A stretch of DNA of 63,299 bases, counting the filler, from Folioceros fuciformis (lineage: Eukaryota): assembly GCA_049999805.1 (NCBI GenBank). It is 16 parts of 16 records of this genome, joined end to end, with 100 filler letters (N's around TTAATTAATTAA, not from the genome) between each part and the next. Parts side by side here need not be neighbours in the genome. Positions count along the whole stretch, not along the records: positions 24,063 to 29,512 come from JBNGIO010005506.1; positions 29,613 to 31,818 come from JBNGIO010005508.1; positions 31,919 to 33,016 come from JBNGIO010005509.1; positions 33,117 to 45,759 come from JBNGIO010005510.1; 12 more parts are not named here. The stretch is one strand, 5' to 3'. The position numbers were made by a program, and so were the translations under genes. Shown one piece after another: positions 24,346-34,084 of this stretch; position 1 is the stretch's first letter; each line of letters begins with the position of its first letter. The notes under the pieces were generated by a model, which was not told the DNA's origin, made no database searches, and saw only the letters and a list, made by a program, of their open reading frames with translations.

Positions 24346-24715
24346 TTACTGCTCACCGTCTAAGCTGACAAGTTTGCATCTATGTTCACCAACCTTGTTG
24401 GCCACAAGTTCCTGACCTGCATTGTCCGTGTGCTGTGAGATGTGGATGAATGCGCTTCCAGTCAAACTCCTTGCGATTATCGTCCAAGCTGCCGCCTTTG
24501 CCTGCGTGTTCAACACCATGCAAGAACGAGGAGACCACCTTTGGAAGATTGTCACACGTGATATGCATTCTGGGGTATAGTATCCTGATGCCAGCCATTG
24601 TGCAGCTTGTCTGGAGCGTTGAAAGTGGTGAGTTAACCGGACACATTCCAGGCAGCAGGAGCGTACGCAAGCAAAATTCAGGATGCCTAGCTGGAGCGGG
24701 ACAATCGTCTGTCAT
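24346..24715 (-). pseudogene. Possible highly decayed PPR fragment
   Basis: KGGSLDDNRKEFD resembles KCGSLDDARKVFD; the rest is weak. Confidence 0.3.
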
Positions 24716-24959
24716 CAGCAGTAAGGAATCTGTTAGTCGTCAAGAGTTTTTGAGGTCGAATCCCTTTTCGAGAGCCTACACATTCGTGACATAGTCGGCA
24801 CGCGAAGAAGAAAAAGACAAGCAGGAGAAGGGAAGAGTCGCTGGAGGTTTAGAGTGTTCAGCTTGCCTTGAAAAGCAACTGGAACCTGCCTGCCACGGCG
24901 ACTCTCTGTGAGTCTGCAGGATTCCAAAGTGACGTGACGGCAGAAACCTCGGGGAACCT

Positions 24960-25800
24960 TTGTCGTCAGGGCTGAGGCTTTGGGTATTCTGGTGTACACA
25001 CACTGCTCCATTTCCAAGTCCCCCGTCTGCACTCTTCTGAGGCAATTTCTGTTGAGCAAGCATTGTCTTGTTTTACGTCCGCGCGATCACGCTCTTACCC
25101 TACAGACGGGATGCGGGTCAGACACCTTCCTGTGCAACCAGGTTTGGCGGATGTATGCTTCGCATGCCTGCATGGAAATGGCGATGGATGTGTCCAAGGT
25201 TATCCCCATACCAGATGCCTTTATCTGGTCTGCTACAATGTCTGCTTATGTGCAGCATGGGCAAGCTGGTCGGGTCAGACAACTTTGTCACAAACACGAT
25301 GTCCACGTCGAATGTGGAGCCAGATGGCCATGTGTTTGTAGCAGCACTCCAGACTTGTGCAAGGACGAGAGACGTCAAAACTGGGCATCGGGTGCATGCT
25401 TATGTGTTGGCTGCTTGGCTCGAGCCCGAACCCGAGCTGTTTGCTTTTAATACACTGGTGAACAGGCTTGGGGAAGGAAGCCCTTCATCTATACAGTCTC
25501 CTGCAGCAAACAAGGCATGGCTGCACGCAAGTCTGTGACATTTATATGCCTTCTGCAAGTGTGGGCGCTCCGGCTTTACACAATGGGAACCACATTCATT
25601 CACGATAGGAGAACTAGAGCTGCAGCCTGATGTGCCTGTCGTCAAAAAAGTTGGTGAACACGTTTGCCGAGTGTGGCAGCTTGGAAGGCGCTAATAAAGC
25701 AATGTTTGACAACTTTCTAGAAAAAGACGTGCCGACTGGACTGTTCTAAGTGCAGAATATTTCCAGCAGAGCGTGGATCGAAAGCCCTTCACCATCTTTG
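24960..25800 (+). pseudogene. PLS-class PPR pseudogene
   Basis: GCGSDTFLCNQVWRMYA..PDAFIWSATMSAYVQHGQ / EPDGHVFVAALQTCA..GHRVHA; multiple frameshifts; aligns by eye with the N-terminus of the 3965-5989 copy. Confidence 0.8.
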
Positions 25801-26380
25801 CTCCTTCATTTACGAACGAGTTGCAGTCGATGCTGCACCAAATTCTACGACATGTGGGCCTCTGGAGGCATGTGCAATTGTAAGTGTCCCAGCCATTGAA
25901 ATTGGGATGCAGCCTCATGCCTAGAACGCAAAACGAGGTCTTCAAGCCGACCAGTATGTCACCCAGGATTTTGTCCTAAGGTGTTTGGAGATACTTTCGT
26001 AGGTGGGATTAGTAACAACCACATTTTAATCTGCCATGTAGTGAAAAGTTCAAAAGTGTACCAAGTTTTTACTTTTAGTTTTCGAGTTTGCTTGTCTCTT
26101 GATCGAGGAACAGATCAAGTTTTGTCTATATATGTGTGGTTAGACCCTTCAATTGTAGTAAGTCTGAGAATTTGTTTGTGTTTCTCTTCAAAACCTTGGT
26201 ATATATGCTTCTCTCTTTGTTGAGGAATACATTCATTTTTGTCTACGTGTAATTTGACCATACATTGAAAATGTTTTGAGCCTTTTATGTAACTCACGTA
26301 GCTAAGTTTTGTACCTTTGGTTTTCTCGGTCTTGATCCTTTCAACATCTTTGGAGGCACAACTTTACAGTTCATATCGCT

Positions 26381-29128
26381 ATGGAAAAGGAAGGGAAAGG
26401 GAAAGGAAGTGGTAACATGGAGGAGGAAATACATCCGATTCAAGTGTTTTGCGAAGATGTAGTTTCCATGAAATCTCATCCTACGATTTTGGGAATTATA
26501 CAGCAGACCTTTGGACATTCAAATTCAGACCTGTATTATTGTAGCGATGATGAGGAAGAAGAAACTAGTATGCAAGCAATAGTGTTGTGGATGAACTTGA
26601 ACAAGACCATAGTGGATCCGCACCATCTGCTTTTTGTGGACTTGAACAAGACCATAGCGGATCCACACCATCTCCATCTTGTGGATAGAACTGTAAGGCA
26701 TAACCAAGTAGTAGCACTTGCACTAGACCCATTAGGGCAAACAGGCGTTGTGACAAACGTTATGATTTTAGTGGATTTGGAGCTTACAAATGGTATACTC
26801 ATGAAGGCTATGGATAGCAAGTGCTTGAAGAGAATCATCTCATTTCAAGTGGAAGACTTTGTCATTGGTGCTGGATGGTTGGGAAAAGTAGACGCAGTGA
26901 TAAAGCTTGTGACATTGGTGTTCAGCAATGGAGCAAAGTGCCAACTGAAGCTTACAAACCCTTACGACCTAGAATGTGAGAATATGGCAGAGGATAATAT
27001 GTCATTATTTATTGGTCAAAAAGTTGTGGCACATGATGATAACACTCTGCAAAAGGCAACTTGGTTGGTTGGCAACTACGATAAGCGAAGAACAAAATGT
27101 GGAACAATTTCACAAATTGATGCCGACATGGTTATTGTTGAATGGGTTGCTACTTATGGTAATACACCTAGGATTTTGAGGAAGCCTAGAAAGCAACAAA
27201 AGCCAAAAGACTTGATTGTCATGAACCAATTTTTGCACACAGATTGGCATCTAGGTGATCGATGCTTTTTGCATGAGCATGTTGAACATTGCCAAAACAA
27301 CAAACCTATTGTTGTGAAGTCCAGTTATGAAGACGTTTATAGCACAAGTGAAAACAAGACACAAAGATCAAAAGGATGGCAGCCACATATAGAATCTACA
27401 CCAAAACACAAAAGGGAAGAGGAAGAAGTTGTTACTCAAGGCTGCCACAAAGTGGTTGGCATCAAAACCACAGTTGATGTGCTTTGGCAAGATGGAACAA
27501 CCAGCAAAGATGTGAACTCTTGCGAGCTTGTTCCCATTGATGAGTTAAGAGAGCATAGTTTTCAGCCAAGGCAATGTGTCACTCTTAAAGATATTGATGA
27601 GGATGATTATGTAAACATTGTCCAACATGGGGTTGGCATTATACAATGGGTGGATTTCAAGCAACGTGTTGCTAGTGTAAGGTGGTTGGGATCTTTTCTA
27701 CATGGAGATGCAACATTCAAAGAGGAAGTTGTTAGTGTGTTTGAGCTTTGCAGGCATGCTGAATATAACATAAGAGATGCTGTCATTCGGCACCCACAGG
27801 ACAATAATATTCCAAATTTGAAATATGCAAATACATGGTTTGGTTGTATTTCTGGGCAGTTGTCTAAAAATGGAGATGTTGAAGTTACATGGATGGATGG
27901 CTCTACCTCACAGGTGGCAATGAGTGAAGTACATATAGCCATTAAACATGATGATCAATCCTTATTAGAACATGAGTCAAGCCCTTCGGGTGAGAGCCAT
28001 GATCTTAGCCATTCTAGTACTCATGAATCGGGTGAGGTTGATTGTGCTGATATAAACAACAACGATGAACATGTTCCTACTCAACCTGGGATCAATGAAT
28101 TGAAACCCACCTGTCACGAAGAAGCAAAGTGGGATGACCAATTTCAAGATACATTGCAAGGACGACCCCTTACAGATTTGCAAGATCTGTTGCAAAGACC
28201 ACCCCGTACAGAAATTGCTCTTGGACCAAGTATACCTGAAGATGAGAACAAACCTAATATGTTTTCATGTGTTGAACTAGAAGCCCTAACAATCCAAGAG
28301 AGACAAAGAGGAGAGCCTTTTAAAAAGTTTGATATACTGAATGATGCAAGCAACCATCATTTCTTCTCAAATATTAATGATGTTGGCATTCAAAGAAAGT
28401 GGATGAAGCGAGTCCAACATGAGTGGGACCTCCTTGTGAAAAATCTTCCAGACACAATCTACGTGCGTGTATATGAAGAACGGATGGATCTTCTATCGGT
28501 GGCCCTCATTGGGACAGATGGTACCCCATATCATGATGGGCTATATTTTTTTGATATTTATCTTCCACCAGAGTATCCTGATAGCCCGCCTCAAGCACAT
28601 TACTACTCTAAAGGTTTGCGGATTAATCCAAATCTTTATGAAAATGGTAAGGTATGTCTTAGCTTGCTAAACACATGGCATGGGGAGGAGTCAGAAGCTT
28701 GGAATCCAATTGTATCTACCATTATGCAAGTTTTACTTTCAATCCAAAGTCTTGTGCTAACTGAGAAGCCCTTTTATAATGAGCCCGACTTTAATCATCA
28801 ACAAAACACAAATGAAGGAGCAAAAAATTCTGAAGAATACAATGAGAATTGTTTTCTTTTATGCTGCAGGTCCATGTTGTTTTTGATGCGAAATCCTCCC
28901 TCACATTTTGAACAATTAGTCAATGAGCACTTCAAGAAAGTAGGGACAAAAATTGTGGTAGCATGTAATGCTTATTTAGAGGGAGTTAGAATAGGCTTTG
29001 AACCTAACACTTTAGCATCTTCTAGTAATGATATGCTAGAGGCAAATACATGTGGGTCCTTGGGCTTCAAGTTATCGCTAGCAAAACTTGTGCCCAAGTT
29101 AGAAGCAGCTTTTGAGAAACTTCTATGA
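26381..29128 (+). CDS. UBE2O-type E2/E3 hybrid ubiquitin-conjugating enzyme (UBC23/UBC24-PHO2 family), 915 aa, single exon
   Basis: GWLGKV, TTVDVLWQDG, EVTWMDG; UBC domain IYVRVYEERMDLL...GTPYHDGLYFFD...NPNLYENGKVCLSLLNTW (catalytic Cys intact), PFYNEP. Confidence 0.95.
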   Translation: MEKEGKGKGSGNMEEEIHPIQVFCEDVVSMKSHPTILGIIQQTFGHSNSDLYYCSDDEEEETSMQAIVLWMNLNKTIVDPHHLLFVDLNKTIADPHHLHLVDRTVRHNQVVALALDPLGQTGVVTNVMILVDLELTNGILMKAMDSKCLKRIISFQVEDFVIGAGWLGKVDAVIKLVTLVFSNGAKCQLKLTNPYDLECENMAEDNMSLFIGQKVVAHDDNTLQKATWLVGNYDKRRTKCGTISQIDADMVIVEWVATYGNTPRILRKPRKQQKPKDLIVMNQFLHTDWHLGDRCFLHEHVEHCQNNKPIVVKSSYEDVYSTSENKTQRSKGWQPHIESTPKHKREEEEVVTQGCHKVVGIKTTVDVLWQDGTTSKDVNSCELVPIDELREHSFQPRQCVTLKDIDEDDYVNIVQHGVGIIQWVDFKQRVASVRWLGSFLHGDATFKEEVVSVFELCRHAEYNIRDAVIRHPQDNNIPNLKYANTWFGCISGQLSKNGDVEVTWMDGSTSQVAMSEVHIAIKHDDQSLLEHESSPSGESHDLSHSSTHESGEVDCADINNNDEHVPTQPGINELKPTCHEEAKWDDQFQDTLQGRPLTDLQDLLQRPPRTEIALGPSIPEDENKPNMFSCVELEALTIQERQRGEPFKKFDILNDASNHHFFSNINDVGIQRKWMKRVQHEWDLLVKNLPDTIYVRVYEERMDLLSVALIGTDGTPYHDGLYFFDIYLPPEYPDSPPQAHYYSKGLRINPNLYENGKVCLSLLNTWHGEESEAWNPIVSTIMQVLLSIQSLVLTEKPFYNEPDFNHQQNTNEGAKNSEEYNENCFLLCCRSMLFLMRNPPSHFEQLVNEHFKKVGTKIVVACNAYLEGVRIGFEPNTLASSSNDMLEANTCGSLGFKLSLAKLVPKLEAAFEKLL

Positions 29129-29132
29129 AGTA

Positions 29133-29315
29133 AGCATGTAATGCTTATTTAGNNNNNNNNNNGAGCTAGAATAGGCTTTGGACCTAACACTTTAGCATGT
29201 TTCTAGTAGCACTATGTTAGAGGGAAATAAATGTAGGTCCTTGGGCTTCAAGTTATCGCTAGCAAAACTTGTGCCCAAGTTTACAAGCACCTTTTGAGAA
29301 ACTTACATGAAGTAA
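29133..29315 (+). repeat. Diverged tandem duplicate of the UBC 3' end (28960-29133)
   Basis: Repeats AGCATGTAATGCTTATTTAG...ATGAAGTAA with substitutions and an indel; contains a 10-N gap. Confidence 0.85.
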
Positions 29316-30377
29316 TTATGACAGTCTTATGATCTTTCTGTAATTGGTTTCGAAAAGTTTAAGAACATCATTAAGAAAAATCAAAGTACCTAAAACTTAC
29401 CTATATTTTTTCCAAAACCTTGGTGCCGCACACAATTTAAGAGTCACTAAATTGCTAAGTCACTTGTACTTGGACATTAAATTAGAGTTAATAGGTTTTG
29501 CATCAACTATGTNNNNNNNNNNNNNNNNNNNNNNNNNNNNNNNNNNNNNNNNNNNNTTAATTAATTAANNNNNNNNNNNNNNNNNNNNNNNNNNNNNNNN
29601 NNNNNNNNNNNNACCAAAGGATTGCCCAAGCATCGACATTATTTTCACATGGCCGGCTTGGGGCTTCAAGACTTCTCACCCTACTTTGATCAGTGATCAT
29701 CTCCTTATCTAGTCATGAAGACGCTTTCCCTTCATCCCTCCGCCCTCATGGCTACCTCTGGACGTTTCGACCTCGGCAACAGTCCCGGTGAGGCGCCAGC
29801 GGGGGGAGGGACCAGTCAAGGCCGCACGCTCTTAACAGTGTGGGCAGCGCGCTTGTACCAGCGCCCGCTTAGGCCCGTTCTGTGACAGCGCGGGCGCCTT
29901 CCCTTCCTGTCCATCTCGCGAGTGCCGCAAGCACCTCGACGCCAGCAATCCATCGCTATCGACGCCCCTTGATGGTCGCATCTGGCCATGCCGACTGACC
30001 AGCAGCCAGCGACGCGCGGCGGGGCACCAAGATCCCGTCTTGGGATTGATCGATTGCGACTGGTTGCCTGTTTTTTTTGACATGGCGCGCCCATGGCCGT
30101 TTCCACAATCTGTACCACTCGTCAGTCATCGCGGTGTTATCTTATTTTTTGTTTTCCTCTCTTATTTAAGTACGTTAAGTTTACGAGGGGGTGTTAAAAT
30201 AAGGATAAACATTAACTACCTGGTTTAGTCATTTTTGGTTAAATAGTTATTAGCGAAACGTCACCGCCATTTGTATTTAAACAAACTATTGTTTGTATTT
30301 AATTAATTCATATATTATAATAGTTCCTCAACTAGCTTCCGCACAAGCCAACTTTGTGAGAGGGGGCTTTTCAAGGA

Positions 30378-30497
30378 GTCCCAGCAGGGGTTACAGGCGA
30401 GGAAATGCTAAAAGCTATGACACAAAAGGTCATCCAGGTCCCAGCAGGGGTTACAGGCAAGAAAATGCTAATAGCTATGATGCAAAAAGTCATCCAG
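30378..30497. repeat. 60-bp tandem duplication
   Basis: GTCCCAGCAGGGGTTACAGGC...GTCATCCAG occurs twice at an exact 60-nt period. Confidence 0.9.
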
Positions 30498-30934
30498 GGC
30501 AAGCTGCACCTAAAAGACATGGACACAAAGGTAGGGAAGAAGAAAAAGATACATTTGATACAACATGCTTTTAGGATGGCTTTGAAGTGTGCAACATTTG
30601 AGGAAGCGGAAGTCTTGTATCCCAAGCACACGGAAGACTCACATCTGCTCAAGTTCCAAATTGCCTTCACAAAAGTGGTACGCTTGCCTTTTCAGAGCCT
30701 TTAGATGTTTTTGAGCATGCTGGTTGGATTGCGCCAGTCTACCGGCGCACTTCTCCTAGTTTTGTAGAGTGCGCCGGAAGACCGATGCACTCCAGCTGAT
30801 TTCTTTGGAATGTGCTATCTTCCGGCGCATTCGGAAAAATGGCTGGAGTGCGCCGGTCTACTGTTAAATAACGCATTGCGGAAAAATGGCTGGAAGACAG
30901 CACATTCCAAAGAAGAATGAAGCCTGCTTCATTT

Positions 30935-31430
30935 TTTTTGGAGTCATTGGAGAAGGAGCGAGGACAGTATCTCCTCAAGGATGGTGAGCAAAGGCAAGAA
31001 CTGGAGAAGTTGACCCAGTAGGTGACCACGTTGCAGACTTCCCAACAAGGTTTATCACATGAGATCATTGCATGTCGAAGGGACCTCACCCAATCTAAGG
31101 AAACTAGGAAGGCAGTGGAGGAACAACTACGGGAACAAGTTTACCTTACAAAGGATTTACAAGGCAAGCTAGATGAGTTGGAGGTACATAGTGCGAAAGC
31201 GAACCAGGAACTCCAGCAACGCCTTGAAGCAGGGCAACGAGAGCGAGTGGAGAGGGAACAATTGACCATCCAATTAGAAGACCTTCAGCAGGAGGAAGCA
31301 TAATAAGTAGCTGAGCACCAAGCCAAGATTCACAAGATGCTGGTGGTTCGAGCTCGTAGGTTTCGGGCTGACTACGCCTACTTGACAGTGTGCATGACCA
31401 AGCTTTATGCAACTCATCAGGAAAATCTTG
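30935..31430 (+). pseudogene. Coiled-coil ORF remnant, probably a transposon accessory ORF
   Basis: E/Q/L/K-rich heptad-like sequence with in-frame stops, followed by LTR-like DNA and a PBS at 31700. Confidence 0.4.
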
Positions 31431-31699
31431 ACCTACTGCTAGAAAAGGGCTGTGCCCTAATTACTTTAATACTCGAACACTTATGCTAGTTAGGGTTTTT
31501 TACATATTTAGATACGAAACGCTACCCTAGCTATATGGGCAGAAGGCCAACGACCAAGTGCTAGGTAACGGCTAACTGTCGTACCGACCTCCTGTTCGCG
31601 CGACCACAAAGGCCGACGGACACAACATAATTCACAATCTTTTCTTTTTCTCACGCAGGTCTCGCTCCTGTTCGGCCGATCCTAGTCCATGTCTTGATG

Positions 31700-31818
31700 T
31701 GGTATCAGAGTGTGGAGGCAAAACCCCGGGCACTGATTGCCGACGGGTTCCACCTTTAGTGGCCACACTTATCCCACTGTCGTTGAGGCATTGGGTTTCG
31801 TTCCCACGAAGGAGCGAT
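31700..31818 (+). mobile_element. iMet PBS directly joined to a 'TGTGGAGGCAAAACC' LTR terminus
   Basis: TGGTATCAGAG (31700-31710) followed immediately by TGTGGAGGC (31711). Confidence 0.75.
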
Positions 31819-31918
31819 NNNNNNNNNNNNNNNNNNNNNNNNNNNNNNNNNNNNNNNNNNNNTTAATTAATTAANNNNNNNNNNNNNNNNNNNNNNNNNN
31901 NNNNNNNNNNNNNNNNNN

Positions 31919-33016
31919 TTCAGAGGTAAATCTGGTGACCTCCGGCTCATCTCCAGCAAGCCCTTTAGACCTTGGGTCACAGCCCCCTTCCTCCTTCCCA
32001 CCTTCCTTCACACCTCCCTTGGCATGGAGGATCTTTTTCTTGTCAGCAACTTCCCCTTCCACATTTGCTGTTTCAGCCCCCACCATGTTGCAGTCCAGGG
32101 TGATCCCAAAACACTCCACCCGGTTCAGGGTATAAGGGATATCCCTCCGGTAGTCCTCCTCTTCATCTGTCCATGAGATGTGAGAAAAGGGAAATTTATC
32201 CTCCCCCTCCAAATCAGTTGTGCCCTCCGCTGACGTGTACCCTTCGTTGTCCGTTGGGGTCTCACCAAGGTAGACATCCCGGCTCCAGGTCAAACAAATC
32301 CTACCCTCCCTGGTCTTGGGGTCCCATTCAGGTGGTTTGAAAGCCACCTCCTTCCTCCCCCATGACAGCCTGCACCTTGATCCATACAGCCAGGTCCTGC
32401 CCAACAAGATGTTGTAGCCCGGTGCCTTGTGCTGAATGACCACAAAATCGAGAAGGTAGGGAATGGTCCCTATGGTCGTGGTTACCCCTCTCAGCTCCCC
32501 TACCGGATGCATTCTAGACATATCCGCTAACCTCAAAACTTTGGTTGTGTGCTCGATCTCCAATCCCAGTTTCTTGGCTGTATCCTCCGTCATAATATTC
32601 ACCCCTGAACCTGTATCCAACGGCACCCTCTTAATCACGCAGCCTGCAATTTCCACCTGCAGTTCAGCCGGTCCTTGGTCCACCATGGACACCATGTTGA
32701 CCATAGGAGCTGACAACCTTGGCCCTGATTTAGGTAGCCTCTTCCTCCTCTTGGGCTGGGCCTCCTGCAACACCTTCCGAACCTGCTGCTGATACTTAGG
32801 GTTATCCTTCAAGAGCTGGCCAAAGGTGACAGCAAATCGCTGGTCCATGATGGCTCCAGCCAAATCAAACGGCTTTTGGTCAGCTCCATCGGTCCCTTTT
32901 GTCACAGCTGCCACCTCCCTAGGTGGCAGACTTGCAGCCACGGGTGCTGACTCCTTGGCTGCCCTGTCCAGCTCCTCCTGGATCATGTCCAGCACTTCTC
33001 TCCTCACATCTGGAGG
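31919..33016 (-). mobile_element. Gypsy gag C-terminus and aspartic protease fragment
   Basis: VPLDTGSGVNIM, LRLAD, LDFVV, ILLGRTWL in one open frame across the contig. Confidence 0.85.
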
Positions 33017-33116
33017 NNNNNNNNNNNNNNNNNNNNNNNNNNNNNNNNNNNNNNNNNNNNTTAATTAATTAANNNNNNNNNNNNNNNNNNNNNNNNNNNN
33101 NNNNNNNNNNNNNNNN

Positions 33117-34084
33117 CGCTTGATGGCGGTCGCTGCAAGACCGCCATCAAGACGGCCATTTTCCTTCGAGGCGCCAATGTGGAGTGCGATGACGACACCG
33201 AATCCGGCGACGACGTCACCGTGGCTCTTCCTCTCGGCCCGACAGCAGGACAGGATGCGATTGGGATGCGCGAGCAGGGCTCGGCGGGCCTGGATCCGCT
33301 CACCATGGCGGAGCGGGAACGCGCCCTCCAGATGCAGCGCAGCCGCGTTCGGCCACCGGAAGGCCAGTACTGGATTCCCAGTCCCGCTCAGATCCTGGTC
33401 GGCCCTACGCAGTTCTCCTGCCACGTGTGTAGGAAGACTTTCAATCGCTACAACAACATGCAGGTAACCGCACGTCCGAATTCCCTTCCTTTCCTCCTGC
33501 ATGCATTGTTTCGAACTCGGCTATGGTGGATGCTGGCTTTTGTTTTCATTCATTCGCATTTGCTTTACGCCTCTCTCACGGTCTTCTCCTCTCCTGCTCC
33601 GCTCTGCTCCGCTATGCACCACCAGATGCACATGTGGGGACACGGCTCGCAGTACAGGAGGGGCCCGGAATCTCTCCGCGGGACGCAGCCCACAGCCATG
33701 CTGCGCCTGCCCTGCTACTGCTGCCACCAGGGCTGCCGCAACAACATTGAGCACCCGCGGGCGAAGCCGCTCAAGGACTTTCGCACTCTTCAGACTCACT
33801 ACAAGCGCAAGCACGGGATGAAGCCGTTCGAGTGCCGGAAGTGTGCCAAGGCCTTCGCGGTGCGGGGAGACTGGCGCACGCACGAGAAGAATTGCGGGAA
33901 GCTGTGGTACTGCATCTGCGGCTCTGACTTCAAGCACAAGCGCAGCCTCAAGGACCACATCCGGGCATTCGGCAGGGGCCACGCCGCTGGCCAGGGCAAC
34001 GACTCCTGCGGCGAGGACGAGGAGGACGCTGCATCCGACGAAGTGGACGACGTCGACGACAACATGTCTGGCGCATCCCAATAA
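33117..34084 (+). CDS. WIP: WIP-family C2H2 zinc-finger transcription factor (TT1/NTT/WIP2-like), 5' end missing
   Basis: [51 protein letters not shown]...HYKRKHG...[18 protein letters not shown] intron 33464-33625 at the family-conserved Q|M site. Confidence 0.96.

Noticed and set aside
30184-30200. GAGGGGG-TGTTAA, a PPT plus LTR start
   Set aside because: No matching second LTR, PBS or coding region to support it.
33179-34084. 301-aa WIP protein with a hydrophobic insert
   Set aside because: The insert is the conserved intron and the real N-terminus is off-contig.
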